From assembly GCA_963737655.1 (NCBI GenBank), contig CAVTTN010000002.1, forward strand, positions 128,001 to 192,000: 64,000 bases of DNA, read 5' to 3'. Below the pieces are notes generated by a model, which had not been told where the DNA came from, searched no databases, and was given only the letters and a program-made list of their open reading frames with translations. This DNA comes from an uncultured Planctomycetota bacterium (lineage in GTDB: Bacteria > Planctomycetota > Planctomycetia > Isosphaerales > Isosphaeraceae). Below, in pieces: positions 51,008 to 61,068 of the stretch (positions are counted from its first letter, which is position 1; every line of letters begins with the position of its first letter). A program made the position numbers and the translations under genes.

Positions 51008-52402
51008 ATGGCCTCTCCCCGAGCCTCCGGTCTGAGACGCCTGGACGCCGTCCTCCAGGCGGCTCGCGAGCCGGTCTTCCTCCTGGATGCCCACTCGCGG
51101 GTGGCGTTTACCAATCGCGCCTTCGAGGCCCTGACCGGGCGGCCGGGCGACGTGCTGCTCGGCCTGGAATGCCGTCCGGGAACCGCCTCGCCCGAGGCCG
51201 ACCTCGATGGCCTGGCGGCGGGGCTGGCTCCTCCCCCGGAAGCGCTTGCCGGTCGACCTTGCGGCGGGCCGACTCTGATCGTCCATGCCGAGGGCGACCG
51301 CTCCTGGAGACGGGTCGAGTTCTGGCCACATCTCGACGCCGAGGGCCGCCTCCTCGGCATGATCGGCATGGTCCGCGACCGCGACGGCCCCGCTCCCGCC
51401 CCCGAAAGCGACGTGCTCCGGGTCCGGTCCGAGTTGATGGAGGTCCGCGAGTCCCTGCGAAGCACCCGGGGGTTGGAGCCCCTGATCGGCCAGGGCGCCC
51501 GTCATCAACGGCTTCTCGGCCAGGTCACCGCCTCGGCCGCGACCGAGGCCCCCGTCCTGATCGTCGGCGAACCCGGAACCGGCCGCCGGACCGTCGCCCG
51601 AGCCATCCATTATTCCGGGCCTCGTCGCGAGGCCCCGCTGGTGCCGATCGACGTGGCCGCCCTCCCTCCGGAAGTGCTCCGAAGAGAGATCCGGGGCGAT
51701 CAAGGCGGGCGGAGCACACGACCCGGGCTCCCCGACGGCGCCAGCCTCCTTCTGGGCGACGTCCTGGAACTGCCCAGAGACCTCCAGGAAACGCTGGAGG
51801 CCACCCTCCGCGAAGGCCGGTTCCGGCTCCTGGCGCTGACCTCGGCGGACCCCGAAGCCGCCCTCCGCCACGAACGGCTCCGTCCGGACCTTTATTATCT
51901 CCTCACCGTGATGGTCCTGAGGCTCGCGCCGCTCCGCGAGAGGCTCGACGAGCTTCCCCTGCTGGCCCATCACCTCCTCGATCGCGCCAACGCGTCCGGG
52001 GCGAGACGACTCGCGGGCTTCGAGCCGGAGACCCTGGACGCCTTTCGGGCTTATGACTGGCCGGGGAATCTGCGGGAGCTCGGCCGGGTGATCGAGGCGG
52101 CCAGGGATCGGGCCTCGGGCGACCTGATCGCCGTGGAGGACTTGCCGGCCTCGGTCCGGGGTCACCTGGCGTCGGCCCATCTCCCCCCGCCTCCTCCACC
52201 TCCGGTCACCCCGCTCGACGAATGGCTGACCCGTCTGGAACGTCGCTTGATCGAGCAGGCGCTGGCTCGGGCCCGCCAGAACAAGTCGCGGGCCGCCGAA
52301 CTCCTGGAAATCTCCCGCCCCCGGCTTTATCGGCGAATCAAGGAGCTGGGCCTGCCGGACGTCCCCGAGCCGGCCGAGGAAGAAGCCGCGGGCCTCGGCT
52401 GA
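51008..52402 (+). CDS. PAS + degenerate AAA+ + Fis-HTH regulator (NtrC-like architecture)
   Basis: PAS-like N-terminus, VLIVGEPGTGRRTVARAIH, RPDLYYLL, PLRER, YDWPGNLREL, NKSRAAELLEISRPRLYRRI. Confidence 0.88.
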   Translation: MASPRASGLRRLDAVLQAAREPVFLLDAHSRVAFTNRAFEALTGRPGDVLLGLECRPGTASPEADLDGLAAGLAPPPEALAGRPCGGPTLIVHAEGDRSWRRVEFWPHLDAEGRLLGMIGMVRDRDGPAPAPESDVLRVRSELMEVRESLRSTRGLEPLIGQGARHQRLLGQVTASAATEAPVLIVGEPGTGRRTVARAIHYSGPRREAPLVPIDVAALPPEVLRREIRGDQGGRSTRPGLPDGASLLLGDVLELPRDLQETLEATLREGRFRLLALTSADPEAALRHERLRPDLYYLLTVMVLRLAPLRERLDELPLLAHHLLDRANASGARRLAGFEPETLDAFRAYDWPGNLRELGRVIEAARDRASGDLIAVEDLPASVRGHLASAHLPPPPPPPVTPLDEWLTRLERRLIEQALARARQNKSRAAELLEISRPRLYRRIKELGLPDVPEPAEEEAAGLG

Positions 52403-52627
52403 AACCCCGCAAGGGAACCGATCCGTCCGCCTTCCGGGACCGGCCCGGGCCGTTTCATTTTCGCTTGAAAATGCTTCCGGCCGAAACCTCTCTGAGACGG
52501 AAACGATCCTGGGGACCGGGCCGATTCCCCTACTCCGAATCCTCGGTGTTTGCTAGCGTGACGGGCGAGAGTGGGACGCCGAACGCCCACCGATCCCCGC
52601 TCAGGCACGGACGCGAGCCCTCTTCTC

Positions 52628-53833
52628 ATGCGCATCTTCCTCTCCGCCGGGGAGCCCAGCGGCGACCTCCACGCGGCCAACCTGGCCCGGGCCCTCCGGA
52701 GTCTTCGGCCCGATGTCGAGATCGTCGGGTTCGGTGGCGACCACATGGAAAAGGCGGGGGTCTCGCTCCTGTTCCGGCTCACGGACCTCGCCGTGATGTG
52801 GTTTGGCCGGGTCCTGCTCAACCTCCACAAATTCTTCGAGCAGGCCGACCGCGCCGACATCTTCTTCCGCGACCAGAAGCCGGACGTCCTGATCCTCGTC
52901 GATTATCCCGGCTTCCATTTCGCTCTGGCCAAGAGGGCCCACGCCCGAGGCATCCCGGTAGTCTGGTACGTGCCTCCCCAGCTCTGGGCCTGGGCGGGCT
53001 GGCGGGTCGAGAAGGTGCGGAAGTGGGTCGATCACGTCCTGTGCAGCCTCCCGTTCGAGCCGCAATGGTATCGCGATCGCGGCGTGCCGAATGCGGCCTT
53101 CCTCGGCCACCCCTATTTCGATGAACTCGCCGACCGTCCCCTGGACGACGCCTTCCTCGCCCATCATCGCGAGCGAGGCGGGCCGGTGATCGCCCTGCTG
53201 GCGGGCTCGCGGACCCAGGAAGTCAAACGAAACCTGCCGATGATGCTCCGAGCCGCCGCGAAGGTGGCCCAATCGCGGCCCGAAACCCGCTTCCTCGTCG
53301 CCTCGTTGCACGACCGCCACGCCAAGCTCGCCCGCGAAATCGCCGAGGGTTCGGGAATCCGCCTCGATCGACTGGAAGTCCTCTCGGGCAAGACGGCGGA
53401 GATCATCCGCCTGGCGCACGTGGCCTGGAGCGTCTCGGGATCGGTCGGTCTGGAGCTGATGGTGGAGGCCCTGCCGACCGTGGTCGTCTACAAGGTCCGG
53501 GACTTCGACCTGCTGGTCGCCCGTCAGTTCATCAAATCGAAGTACATCAGCCTGGTGAACCTCCTGGCCGACGACGAGGTCATGCCCGAGTACCTGACGC
53601 CTCGCGACGTCTCCTCCGAGATGGCCGGCTGGGCCCTGAAGTGGCTGAATGACCCGGCCGAGAGGGCCCGGGCGTCGAAGGTCCTGGCGGACCTCCGCGA
53701 CAAGGTGGCGATCCCCGGCGCCTCGTCCCGGGCCGCGGAGAGGATCGTCCAGATCCTGGACGGGACGTATCGAGGGCCGCATCGGTCCATCGGATCGAAG
53801 GCCGCTCAGGAGGCCGTCGAAGGCAGGAATTGA
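52628..53833 (+). CDS. lpxB: Lipid-A-disaccharide synthase
   Basis: SAGEPSGDLH, VDYPGFH, PPQLWAW, LPFE, GHP, AGSRTQEV, ISLVNLL. Confidence 0.95.
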   Translation: MRIFLSAGEPSGDLHAANLARALRSLRPDVEIVGFGGDHMEKAGVSLLFRLTDLAVMWFGRVLLNLHKFFEQADRADIFFRDQKPDVLILVDYPGFHFALAKRAHARGIPVVWYVPPQLWAWAGWRVEKVRKWVDHVLCSLPFEPQWYRDRGVPNAAFLGHPYFDELADRPLDDAFLAHHRERGGPVIALLAGSRTQEVKRNLPMMLRAAAKVAQSRPETRFLVASLHDRHAKLAREIAEGSGIRLDRLEVLSGKTAEIIRLAHVAWSVSGSVGLELMVEALPTVVVYKVRDFDLLVARQFIKSKYISLVNLLADDEVMPEYLTPRDVSSEMAGWALKWLNDPAERARASKVLADLRDKVAIPGASSRAAERIVQILDGTYRGPHRSIGSKAAQEAVEGRN

Positions 53834-54579
53834 CGGGCCCATCGGGCATCGGCGGCCGAGAGTCGGGGACGGGGCGGCGTCCTGTAGAGATAATCCTCGT
53901 AACCGGCCTGGTCGTAGACGAAATCGAGGATTCGTTTCAGGTCCAGCCGGGCGGGCGGGTCATGGGGCCTCAGAGGAACCGGGACAGCCGGGAGCGGCTC
54001 GCGGAGCGAAAGGGGCCAGATCCCCACGTCGGGACGGCCTTCAACCTGGCTGACGAGGATGCAGTAATCGCAGGGTGGCAATTCCTCGACCGGAAGCCGA
54101 GGCCCACCCCTCAGGAGGTCGATTTCGACCAGGTGGACCGGGCTGGAGAGGATCTGCTTCCGTTTCGCCAAATACTGGTCCCGATCGCTTCCCGAAGCCT
54201 TGTTCGAGGGGCTGAGGAGCTCGATGATCGCGACGACTTCGAGCGTCTCCTTGGTGAGAATCTCCAGGTAAGAATGCCTTTCTTCATCGATCGAGGGGAC
54301 CAGGCGGCCCAGCGTGGGCGCCTCGGCCAGGGCGGTGGCCGCCCCGACGATCCTCGGCCTCGAAGGGCGAGTCACGGCGAGGTCGGCCCGGCCGGTCGCC
54401 CGGGTTGGTCCCTCGCGGATCTCATGAACGAAGACCAACTCCTCCACCTTGACGAAATAGCCCTTCGGCAGGGTCTCGCGCAGGAAACCGCGGGCGGCCG
54501 GGATGAAGCTCTGGTGGAAGTCCTGCCAGACGATCTCTTGCTCGAGATACGGGTTCATCCCGGGGAAGGGCGAGGCCAT
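53806..54579 (-). CDS. DUF4058 family protein
   Basis: MASPFPGMNPYLE...WQDFH, IELLSPSNK, HLVEIDLLRGG, PVPLR; the 3' end overlaps lpxB by 28 nt. Confidence 0.88.
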   Translation of the reverse strand: MASPFPGMNPYLEQEIVWQDFHQSFIPAARGFLRETLPKGYFVKVEELVFVHEIREGPTRATGRADLAVTRPSRPRIVGAATALAEAPTLGRLVPSIDEERHSYLEILTKETLEVVAIIELLSPSNKASGSDRDQYLAKRKQILSSPVHLVEIDLLRGGPRLPVEELPPCDYCILVSQVEGRPDVGIWPLSLREPLPAVPVPLRPHDPPARLDLKRILDFVYDQAGYEDYLYRTPPRPRLSAADARWARQFLPSTAS

Positions 54580-54710
54580 CGCGTGGTCCTCCAAAGACGT
54601 TGGACTCATCCTACCACGATCGGCGACGGGTTTGCGGGCCGGGAGGCCCTCGTGCGATAATCGGCCTCGCCTCGCCTCGCGCCCTTCCCTCCCGGACCGG
54701 ACTCGCCGCC

Positions 54711-56777
54711 ATGCCTCACGCCACGGACCACCCCGCCAATCGCCTGGCCGGCGAGACCAGCCCCTATTTGCTCCAGCACCAGCACAACCCGGTGGACTGG
54801 TACCCCTGGGGAGACGAGGCCCTGGCCCGCGCCAGGGCCGAAGACCGGCCGATCTTCCTCTCGGTGGGCTACTCCGCCTGCCACTGGTGCCACGTGATGG
54901 AGCGGGAGTGTTTCGAGGCCCCCCAGATCGCCGCGTTGATGAATGAGCATTTCGTCAATATCAAGGTGGATCGCGAGGAGCGCCCGGACCTCGATCAGAT
55001 CTACATGAACGCCGTCCAGGCCCTCTCGGGCCACGGCGGATGGCCGATGTCGGTCTTCCTCACGCCCGAGGGAAAGCCGTTCTTCGGGGGGACGTATTAT
55101 CCGCCGGAAGACCGTCGCGGGATGCCCGGCTTCCCTCGCGTCCTGATGAGCGTGGCTCGCGCCTGGGGCGAGAAGAGGGCCGATATCCTCGCCTCGGCCG
55201 GCGAGCTCGCGGCGCAGCTCCAGGCCCACGGCCAGGTCCCTCCGGGCGAAGGGGAGATGGGCTTCGACCTGCTGGATCGGGCCTATCACAAGCTCTCCCG
55301 GAGCTTCGACGCCCGCCACGGCGGTTTCGGAGACGCGCCGAAGTTCCCCCATCCCATGGATTTGCGCGTCCTCTTGCGGCACCACCGCCGGACCGGCGAC
55401 CCCCACGCGCTCCACATGGTCCGCGTGACCCTGGACGGCATGGCGCGAGGCGGCATCTACGACCACCTGGGCGGGGGGTTCGCTCGCTACTCGACCGATG
55501 CCCGATGGCTTGTCCCTCATTTCGAGAAGATGCTCTACGATAATGCCCTGCTCGCCTCGACTTACGTCGAAGCCTACCAGCTCACCGGCGACGCCGAGTT
55601 CGCCCGGGTGGCCCGCGAGACGCTGGACTATCTCCTCGGCCGGATGGTGGGCCCCGAAGGCGCGTTCTATTCGACCGAGGACGCCGATAGCGAGGGCGTG
55701 GAGGGCAAGTTCTACGTCTGGGACCTCCGCGACGTGACCGACACCCTCGGGCCCGAGCGGGCGAAGGCGTTTTCTTATGTCTATGACGTGACGGACGTCG
55801 GCAACTGGGAGGGGACGAACATCCTCAACCAGCCCAAGCCCCTGGAAAAAGCCGCGGCCATGCTCGGCCGGGACGTGGAGGGACTCCGCCGGGAGCTGGC
55901 CGAGAGCCGGGCCCTGCTCCTGGCGTCTCGGGAGAGGCGGATTCCCCCGGGGAAGGACACCAAGGTCCTGACCTCCTGGAACGGGCTGATCCTGGCCGCC
56001 CTGGCCACGGCCTCACGGGCCCTTCGAATCCCCCGGTATCTCGAAGCCGCTCAGACTTGCGCGGCGTTCCTCCTCGAGACCCTCCGCCAGCCCGACGGCC
56101 GCCTCCTCCACGGCTTCAAGGACGGCCGGGCCCGGTTCAACGGCTATCTCGAAGATTACGCGTGCTTGATCGACGGCCTGACGCGCCTCTTCGAGGCCGA
56201 CGGCAACCCGCGATGGGTCCGGGCCGCCGAGGAGCTCGCCCAGATCCTGATCGCCGAGTTCGGCGACCCCGACGCCGGCGGCTTCTTCTTCACCGGGAAT
56301 GGGCACGAGGCCCTGATCGCCCGGACGAAGGACGTTTACGACAATGCCACCCCGTCGGGCAACGCGATGGCGGCGACCGCCTGCCTCCGCCTCGGGGCCT
56401 TGACCGGCCGAGACGAACTGACCGAGGCGGGCCTCGGCGCCCTCCGGGCCGCCCAGGTGCTCATGGAAAAGGTCCCCACGGCCGCCGGCCAGAGCCTGAT
56501 CGCCCTGGACTTCCTGCTCGGCCCGAGGCGAGAGGTCGCCGTGATCTCAGGCGAGGGCGCGGACGAGGGGGAGGCCGCCCTGGAGACGATCGCCTCCAGG
56601 TTTCAACCTCACCAGGTCGTCGCCCCGAATCCCGACCCGTCGAACGAGCCGGCCCTGCCGTTCCTGGCCGACCGGCCCGCCCGGGACGGCCGGGTCACGA
56701 CGTATCTGTGCGAGAATTTCACCTGCCGAGAGCCGATCGTGGGCGTGGCGGCCCTGGACGAGGCGCTGAGAGCCTGA
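54711..56777 (+). CDS. YyaL/DUF255 thioredoxin-like + six-hairpin glycosidase-like protein
   Basis: NRLAGETSPYLLQH, GYSACHWCHVMERE, KVDREERPD, GGWP, PHFEKMLYDNA. Confidence 0.95.
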   Translation: MPHATDHPANRLAGETSPYLLQHQHNPVDWYPWGDEALARARAEDRPIFLSVGYSACHWCHVMERECFEAPQIAALMNEHFVNIKVDREERPDLDQIYMNAVQALSGHGGWPMSVFLTPEGKPFFGGTYYPPEDRRGMPGFPRVLMSVARAWGEKRADILASAGELAAQLQAHGQVPPGEGEMGFDLLDRAYHKLSRSFDARHGGFGDAPKFPHPMDLRVLLRHHRRTGDPHALHMVRVTLDGMARGGIYDHLGGGFARYSTDARWLVPHFEKMLYDNALLASTYVEAYQLTGDAEFARVARETLDYLLGRMVGPEGAFYSTEDADSEGVEGKFYVWDLRDVTDTLGPERAKAFSYVYDVTDVGNWEGTNILNQPKPLEKAAAMLGRDVEGLRRELAESRALLLASRERRIPPGKDTKVLTSWNGLILAALATASRALRIPRYLEAAQTCAAFLLETLRQPDGRLLHGFKDGRARFNGYLEDYACLIDGLTRLFEADGNPRWVRAAEELAQILIAEFGDPDAGGFFFTGNGHEALIARTKDVYDNATPSGNAMAATACLRLGALTGRDELTEAGLGALRAAQVLMEKVPTAAGQSLIALDFLLGPRREVAVISGEGADEGEAALETIASRFQPHQVVAPNPDPSNEPALPFLADRPARDGRVTTYLCENFTCREPIVGVAALDEALRA

Positions 56778-56820
56778 GGGAGCCGGACCGGGCCGGGCCA
56801 AGCATGCTCGATCCCGCGAC

Positions 56821-56849
56821 TTGACCGCCCCCGGATTGCGGGGAATGAT
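56821..56849 (+). promoter_or_regulatory. Putative sigma70 promoter
   Basis: TTGACC-N17-AATGAT upstream of 56915. Confidence 0.4.
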
Positions 56850-56914
56850 TAAAAGGTCGGGATCGAGCCCGTCGAGTCGAGTCGAGTTGTCGGCCGCCCA
56901 TCAAGGACCGCATC

Positions 56915-58423
56915 ATGTCGCCTACCCGTCATCCCCGAGCGATCGCGATGGCGTTGACGCTCGCCCTCGGCGGGGCGTCCGCGTCTCCGGCCCAGACGTC
57001 CCCCTCGGGCGTGAACATCTCCACGGGGAGCGGGGCGGGGACCAGTCCGGGCGTGAGCCCGGGCTCGTCGCCCAGCTCGACCCGGATCGGCTCCGGGAGC
57101 CTTTCCTCGCCGAACGATCCGTTCCCGCTGGCGGCCCCGGGGCCCGGAGGCGGGGTGCGGCCCGGGTCGGGTCCCGGGGCGGCGGGCAACGTCGACCCGT
57201 ATGGCGCGTCGATGACGGGACTCTCCGGCGGGATGAACCGGGCGGCGATCCCGACCCTCACCCCGGCCGAGATGGACGCGCTCGATGCGCATCTGCTCGG
57301 CGATGCCCGGAAGATCCTCAATCCGCCCGACCGCGCCCTGGCCCTGGAGCGGGTCGCCAAGGCGAAGACCTTCAGCCACCGGCCCGGAGACGGCCGGCTC
57401 CGCGACGCCGAGGTCGCGTTGAAGGAGGCCGCCGAGGCCGCCCTGGCCGTGACCGACCTGTCGCTTCGCGACCAGAGGCTGATGGCCATCGTCCGCTCGG
57501 AGCTGACCCTGGCCGACGAGATGGCCCGGGACGGCCTGAATAACGATACCTTCATCGACGCGAGCGACACCCGGGCCGCGAAGCCCATGACGCCCGATCA
57601 GAGGCTGGACTCCTTGAAGCTGGCCGAGGCCCAGAGGAAGAAGGCCGCGGACGTCTCCCGGATGATCCCCAACCCGAACCTCCGGGCCGAGATGCTCTTC
57701 CGCGTGGCCGACGCCGAGGCCCAGGCCAGTCAGACCATGGCCGTCGAGGCCCTCCAGACCGACGTGAAAAGGTCGGACCTCCGGGGCCTGGAAGGCATGC
57801 TCAACCGGATGGCCGACCGCTCGCTGATCTTCGCCGCCAACGACGCGCAGAGCATCCGCACGGCGATCTGGAGGGATCGCGGGATGGTCTCCGTCGCGGC
57901 CGCCGCCGCCGCGTCCGAGCAATACTCGCGGGGGATCGCCCTGTGCCGGACGATCGTCTCCCCCGGATATCGCGCCGACGCCATGATCCGCCTGGCCGAG
58001 TCGCAGGCGCGCCATCACCTGGTCAACGACGCCACCACCACCTACGACGACGCCGCCCAGGCCGTCGCCTCGATCGATGAGCCGGACCTCCGCGAGATCA
58101 TCGCGGGCGTCCTGATCGACAGCCTGATCTCGGTCGGCCGGTTCGACGACGCGAGGATGTCCGTCGTCCTGATGGCCAGCCCGACCAGCCGCCTGGAAGT
58201 CCTGGGCACGGTGGCCGAGAGCCAGGGAGAGCGCCGTCTGGCCGACTCGGCCCGCGCCTGGATCGACAGCGACGCCCCGCCCGAATGGCGAGACACCCTG
58301 CGGAGGAGGGTCAACGACGGCTTGCTGAAAGCCTTCGAGAAGGGCCGGAGCTCGCCGAACAACGGGCTCGGGGCCCTGGATCTCGGCGCGCCGGCCGCTC
58401 CCGCGACCCCTCCGGCTCGCTAG
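56915..58423 (+). CDS. Secreted hypothetical protein (S/G/P-rich linker, alpha-helical repeat body)
   Basis: Signal peptide ending ASPA-Q; recurring I-x-x-P-x-x-R-A/D helical units. Confidence 0.8.
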   Translation: MSPTRHPRAIAMALTLALGGASASPAQTSPSGVNISTGSGAGTSPGVSPGSSPSSTRIGSGSLSSPNDPFPLAAPGPGGGVRPGSGPGAAGNVDPYGASMTGLSGGMNRAAIPTLTPAEMDALDAHLLGDARKILNPPDRALALERVAKAKTFSHRPGDGRLRDAEVALKEAAEAALAVTDLSLRDQRLMAIVRSELTLADEMARDGLNNDTFIDASDTRAAKPMTPDQRLDSLKLAEAQRKKAADVSRMIPNPNLRAEMLFRVADAEAQASQTMAVEALQTDVKRSDLRGLEGMLNRMADRSLIFAANDAQSIRTAIWRDRGMVSVAAAAAASEQYSRGIALCRTIVSPGYRADAMIRLAESQARHHLVNDATTTYDDAAQAVASIDEPDLREIIAGVLIDSLISVGRFDDARMSVVLMASPTSRLEVLGTVAESQGERRLADSARAWIDSDAPPEWRDTLRRRVNDGLLKAFEKGRSSPNNGLGALDLGAPAAPATPPAR

Positions 58424-58445
58424 GCCCCTCGCCGACGGCCGACGC

Positions 58446-59219
58446 CTACTCGAAGAATCCTCGATACCGTTCCTTGGAGGCCCGAATCCCGGCGTGGACC
58501 GCGTGGATGTCAAAGCCGAGGACGAACATCCTGCAACCCCAGCCACGCATCCTTTCCGCATATTCGGGGCCTCTCGGGACGATCCCCCAGGGCTTGCCCG
58601 CCTCGGCGCAGGCCCGGGCGATCCCCTGGATCGCGTCCAGGCACTTCGGGTTCTCGAAATCGCCGGGGACGCCCAGGATCTGGCTGAGGTCGGCCGGGCC
58701 GACGAAGACGAGATCGACGTCCGGCACCGCGGCGATCTCCGCCACCGAGGCCAGCGACCGGGCCGTCTCGATCTGAATGCCCACGAACGTCTTCTCATTC
58801 GCCTCCTTCACATACTCGGCGGTCGGGGTCAGCCCGAATCGCCCGTCGCGATTTCCTCCGTTGAGCCCGCGTTCGCCCCGGGGCCAGAACTTGGCCCAGC
58901 GGACGGCCTTCTCGGCGTCTTCCGGGCCGTGGACCATGCTGACCATGACCCCTCCGGCGCCCGCCTCCAACGGCCTCATGATCTCGGCATAATCGGTGGC
59001 CGGGAGGCGGACGAAGTGATCCAGGCCGTAGCACCGGGCGGCCATCGTGGCGGCCTCGTAGTCCTTCATCGTGAGCCCGGCGTGCTCCGAATCGATCCAG
59101 AGTCCATCGAACCCGCCGTGCTCGCCGACGATCTCCACCAGCTTCGGGCTGAAGAGCTGGCCGACCCCGAAGAGGCGGACGATCCCGCCATCGGCGAGAG
59201 TTTGCTTGATCCTGGGCAT
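58446..59219 (-). CDS. HpcH/HpaI family aldolase
   Basis: WIDSEH, LEAGAGGVM, WPRGERG, IQIET, VFVGPADLS. Confidence 0.9.
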   Translation of the reverse strand: MPRIKQTLADGGIVRLFGVGQLFSPKLVEIVGEHGGFDGLWIDSEHAGLTMKDYEAATMAARCYGLDHFVRLPATDYAEIMRPLEAGAGGVMVSMVHGPEDAEKAVRWAKFWPRGERGLNGGNRDGRFGLTPTAEYVKEANEKTFVGIQIETARSLASVAEIAAVPDVDLVFVGPADLSQILGVPGDFENPKCLDAIQGIARACAEAGKPWGIVPRGPEYAERMRGWGCRMFVLGFDIHAVHAGIRASKERYRGFFE

Positions 59220-59311
59220 GCCGTCCCTCACAATCGTTCCGGCCGTCGGTGGCGATCACCGCGCGACGGGCCGATTCTAGCGAGCCGAACTTCCTGCGGC
59301 GACTCCTCACG

Positions 59312-59965
59312 ATGAAGCCCCCCCCGATCCGCCTGGCGTTCGGCCCCTTCTTCTGGAGGGCCTTCGTCCTCGTCGCCCTGATCGCCGAGATCGGCCTCTG
59401 GCGGCGAATCCACCGCTTCCGCCGGAGGCGGAGGCCGGGCCTGGTCCTGATCTACATGCTGTATCGGACCCCCGAGCGGCTGTTCGTGGCCTTCGCCATC
59501 GCCGCCGCCGCGACGGTGCTGATCGACCTCTATGTGAGGACCGTCATGAGGGTCCTGATCGCCCGATGGTACTCGCCGAAGAGGCCGGAGTTCGGCCTCC
59601 CCCTGGAATTCGGCCTGGATCGCGGCGAGACGATCCTCCACGAGGCGCCGGCCCGCCGGCTGGAGGGCCGGAAATCGCGTCCCGGGTCGATCGTGATGAC
59701 CGATCGCCGCCTCTGGTTCGCCCCCTCGGCCTGGGACGCCCCGGGCTGGACGGCCCCCCTGGACCAGCTCGCATCGGTCCGCCGAATTCCCGCTCCAAGA
59801 CGGTTCGGCAGCTCCGTCCTGGGGATTCCCGATCGCCTGGCCTTCGAAGGGCCTGGGCTGGACGGGGCGACCCTCCTGGTGGCCGACCCCGACGAGCTCC
59901 TCGGGTGGTTCTCCGACCGGATCGACGGGGAGACCCGGGCCGAGCTCCCCTCCGACGACGCTTGA
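59312..59965 (+). CDS. Membrane protein with C-terminal GRAM/PH-like domain
   Basis: Two TM segments, then GETILHEAPARR...GSIVMTDRRLWF...PLDQLASV. Confidence 0.65.
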   Translation: MKPPPIRLAFGPFFWRAFVLVALIAEIGLWRRIHRFRRRRRPGLVLIYMLYRTPERLFVAFAIAAAATVLIDLYVRTVMRVLIARWYSPKRPEFGLPLEFGLDRGETILHEAPARRLEGRKSRPGSIVMTDRRLWFAPSAWDAPGWTAPLDQLASVRRIPAPRRFGSSVLGIPDRLAFEGPGLDGATLLVADPDELLGWFSDRIDGETRAELPSDDA

Positions 59966-60063
59966 GTTCAACAAGGTCCGCCCGACCCCCTGGAGCGAGC
60001 CGCCTCCCCCCGGGGACGCGCGCCCCGCTCCTCGTTCGGGCGATCCCACCCCCCGAGGCCCCG

Positions 60064-61062
60064 ATGACGACGCCCTCCCGTGTCCTGATCGCCGACTTCC
60101 TGGACGACGCCGAGGTCGAGACGCCGATCCTGGCCGGATCGGCCGAGATCACCCTGGCGAGAGCCTGGACCGAACAGGAGCTGGCGCCCCATCTTCCGAC
60201 GACCGATCTGATCATCCTCTACCACGACATCCCCCACCTCGGCGAGGCCTCGTTCGCCCAGGCCCCGCGGTGCCGGGGGGTCGTCCGGGCCGGGGTCGGT
60301 TACAACAACGTGGACCTCCACGCCGCCGGATCGCGGGGAATCGTCGTCTGCAACGTCCCCGACTATGGGACGGAGGAAGTCGCCGACCACGCCCTGGCCA
60401 TGCTCCTGGCCATCGCCCGCCACCTGCCGGCCGCCGATGCCTCGATCCGCCGGGGGAAATGGGATTTCCGCGTGGTGGGCGACTCGCCCCGGCTCCGGGG
60501 CAAGCGGCTCGGCCTGGTCGGGTGCGGCCGGATCGGCACCGCCACCGCCCTTCGAGCGAAGGCGTTCGGCCTCGAAGTCCTGTTCCACGACCCGCTGGCC
60601 GTGCCGGGGCTGGACAAGGCTTTGGGCATCCGGCGGGTGGATCACCTCGACGAGCTGCTCGCCCAGAGCCATTTCGTCAGCCTCCACTGCTATCTCGACG
60701 ACTCGACTCGCCACCTGATCGACGCCCGGGCCCTGGCCCTGATGAGGCCCGAGAGCATCCTGATCAACACGGCGAGAGGCGGGGTGATCGACACCGAGGC
60801 CCTGCTGGCCGCCCTGGATTCCGGCCACCTCCTCGGCGCCGGGCTGGACGTCCTGGAAGTCGAACCCCTGGCCGACGAGCGGCTCCGCCGCCATCCCAGG
60901 GTCTTGCTGTCGCCGCATTCGGCGTTCTTCAGCCGGGAGGGGTTCGTCGAGCTCAGGACCAAGACGGCCGAAGAGGCGAGGCGGATCTTGCTCGGCCGCC
61001 CCCCGCGATGCCCGGTCAACGCCGAGATGCTCGTTCCTTCCTCGACGGCCCCGGCCGGGTGA
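60064..61062 (+). CDS. D-isomer-specific 2-hydroxyacid dehydrogenase (CtBP-like)
   Basis: RAGVGYNNVD, NVPDYGTEEVADHA, GCGRIG, INTARG, LDVLEVEP, SPHSAF. Confidence 0.93.
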   Translation: MTTPSRVLIADFLDDAEVETPILAGSAEITLARAWTEQELAPHLPTTDLIILYHDIPHLGEASFAQAPRCRGVVRAGVGYNNVDLHAAGSRGIVVCNVPDYGTEEVADHALAMLLAIARHLPAADASIRRGKWDFRVVGDSPRLRGKRLGLVGCGRIGTATALRAKAFGLEVLFHDPLAVPGLDKALGIRRVDHLDELLAQSHFVSLHCYLDDSTRHLIDARALALMRPESILINTARGGVIDTEALLAALDSGHLLGAGLDVLEVEPLADERLRRHPRVLLSPHSAFFSREGFVELRTKTAEEARRILLGRPPRCPVNAEMLVPSSTAPAG

Positions 61063-61068
61063 TCCTGG

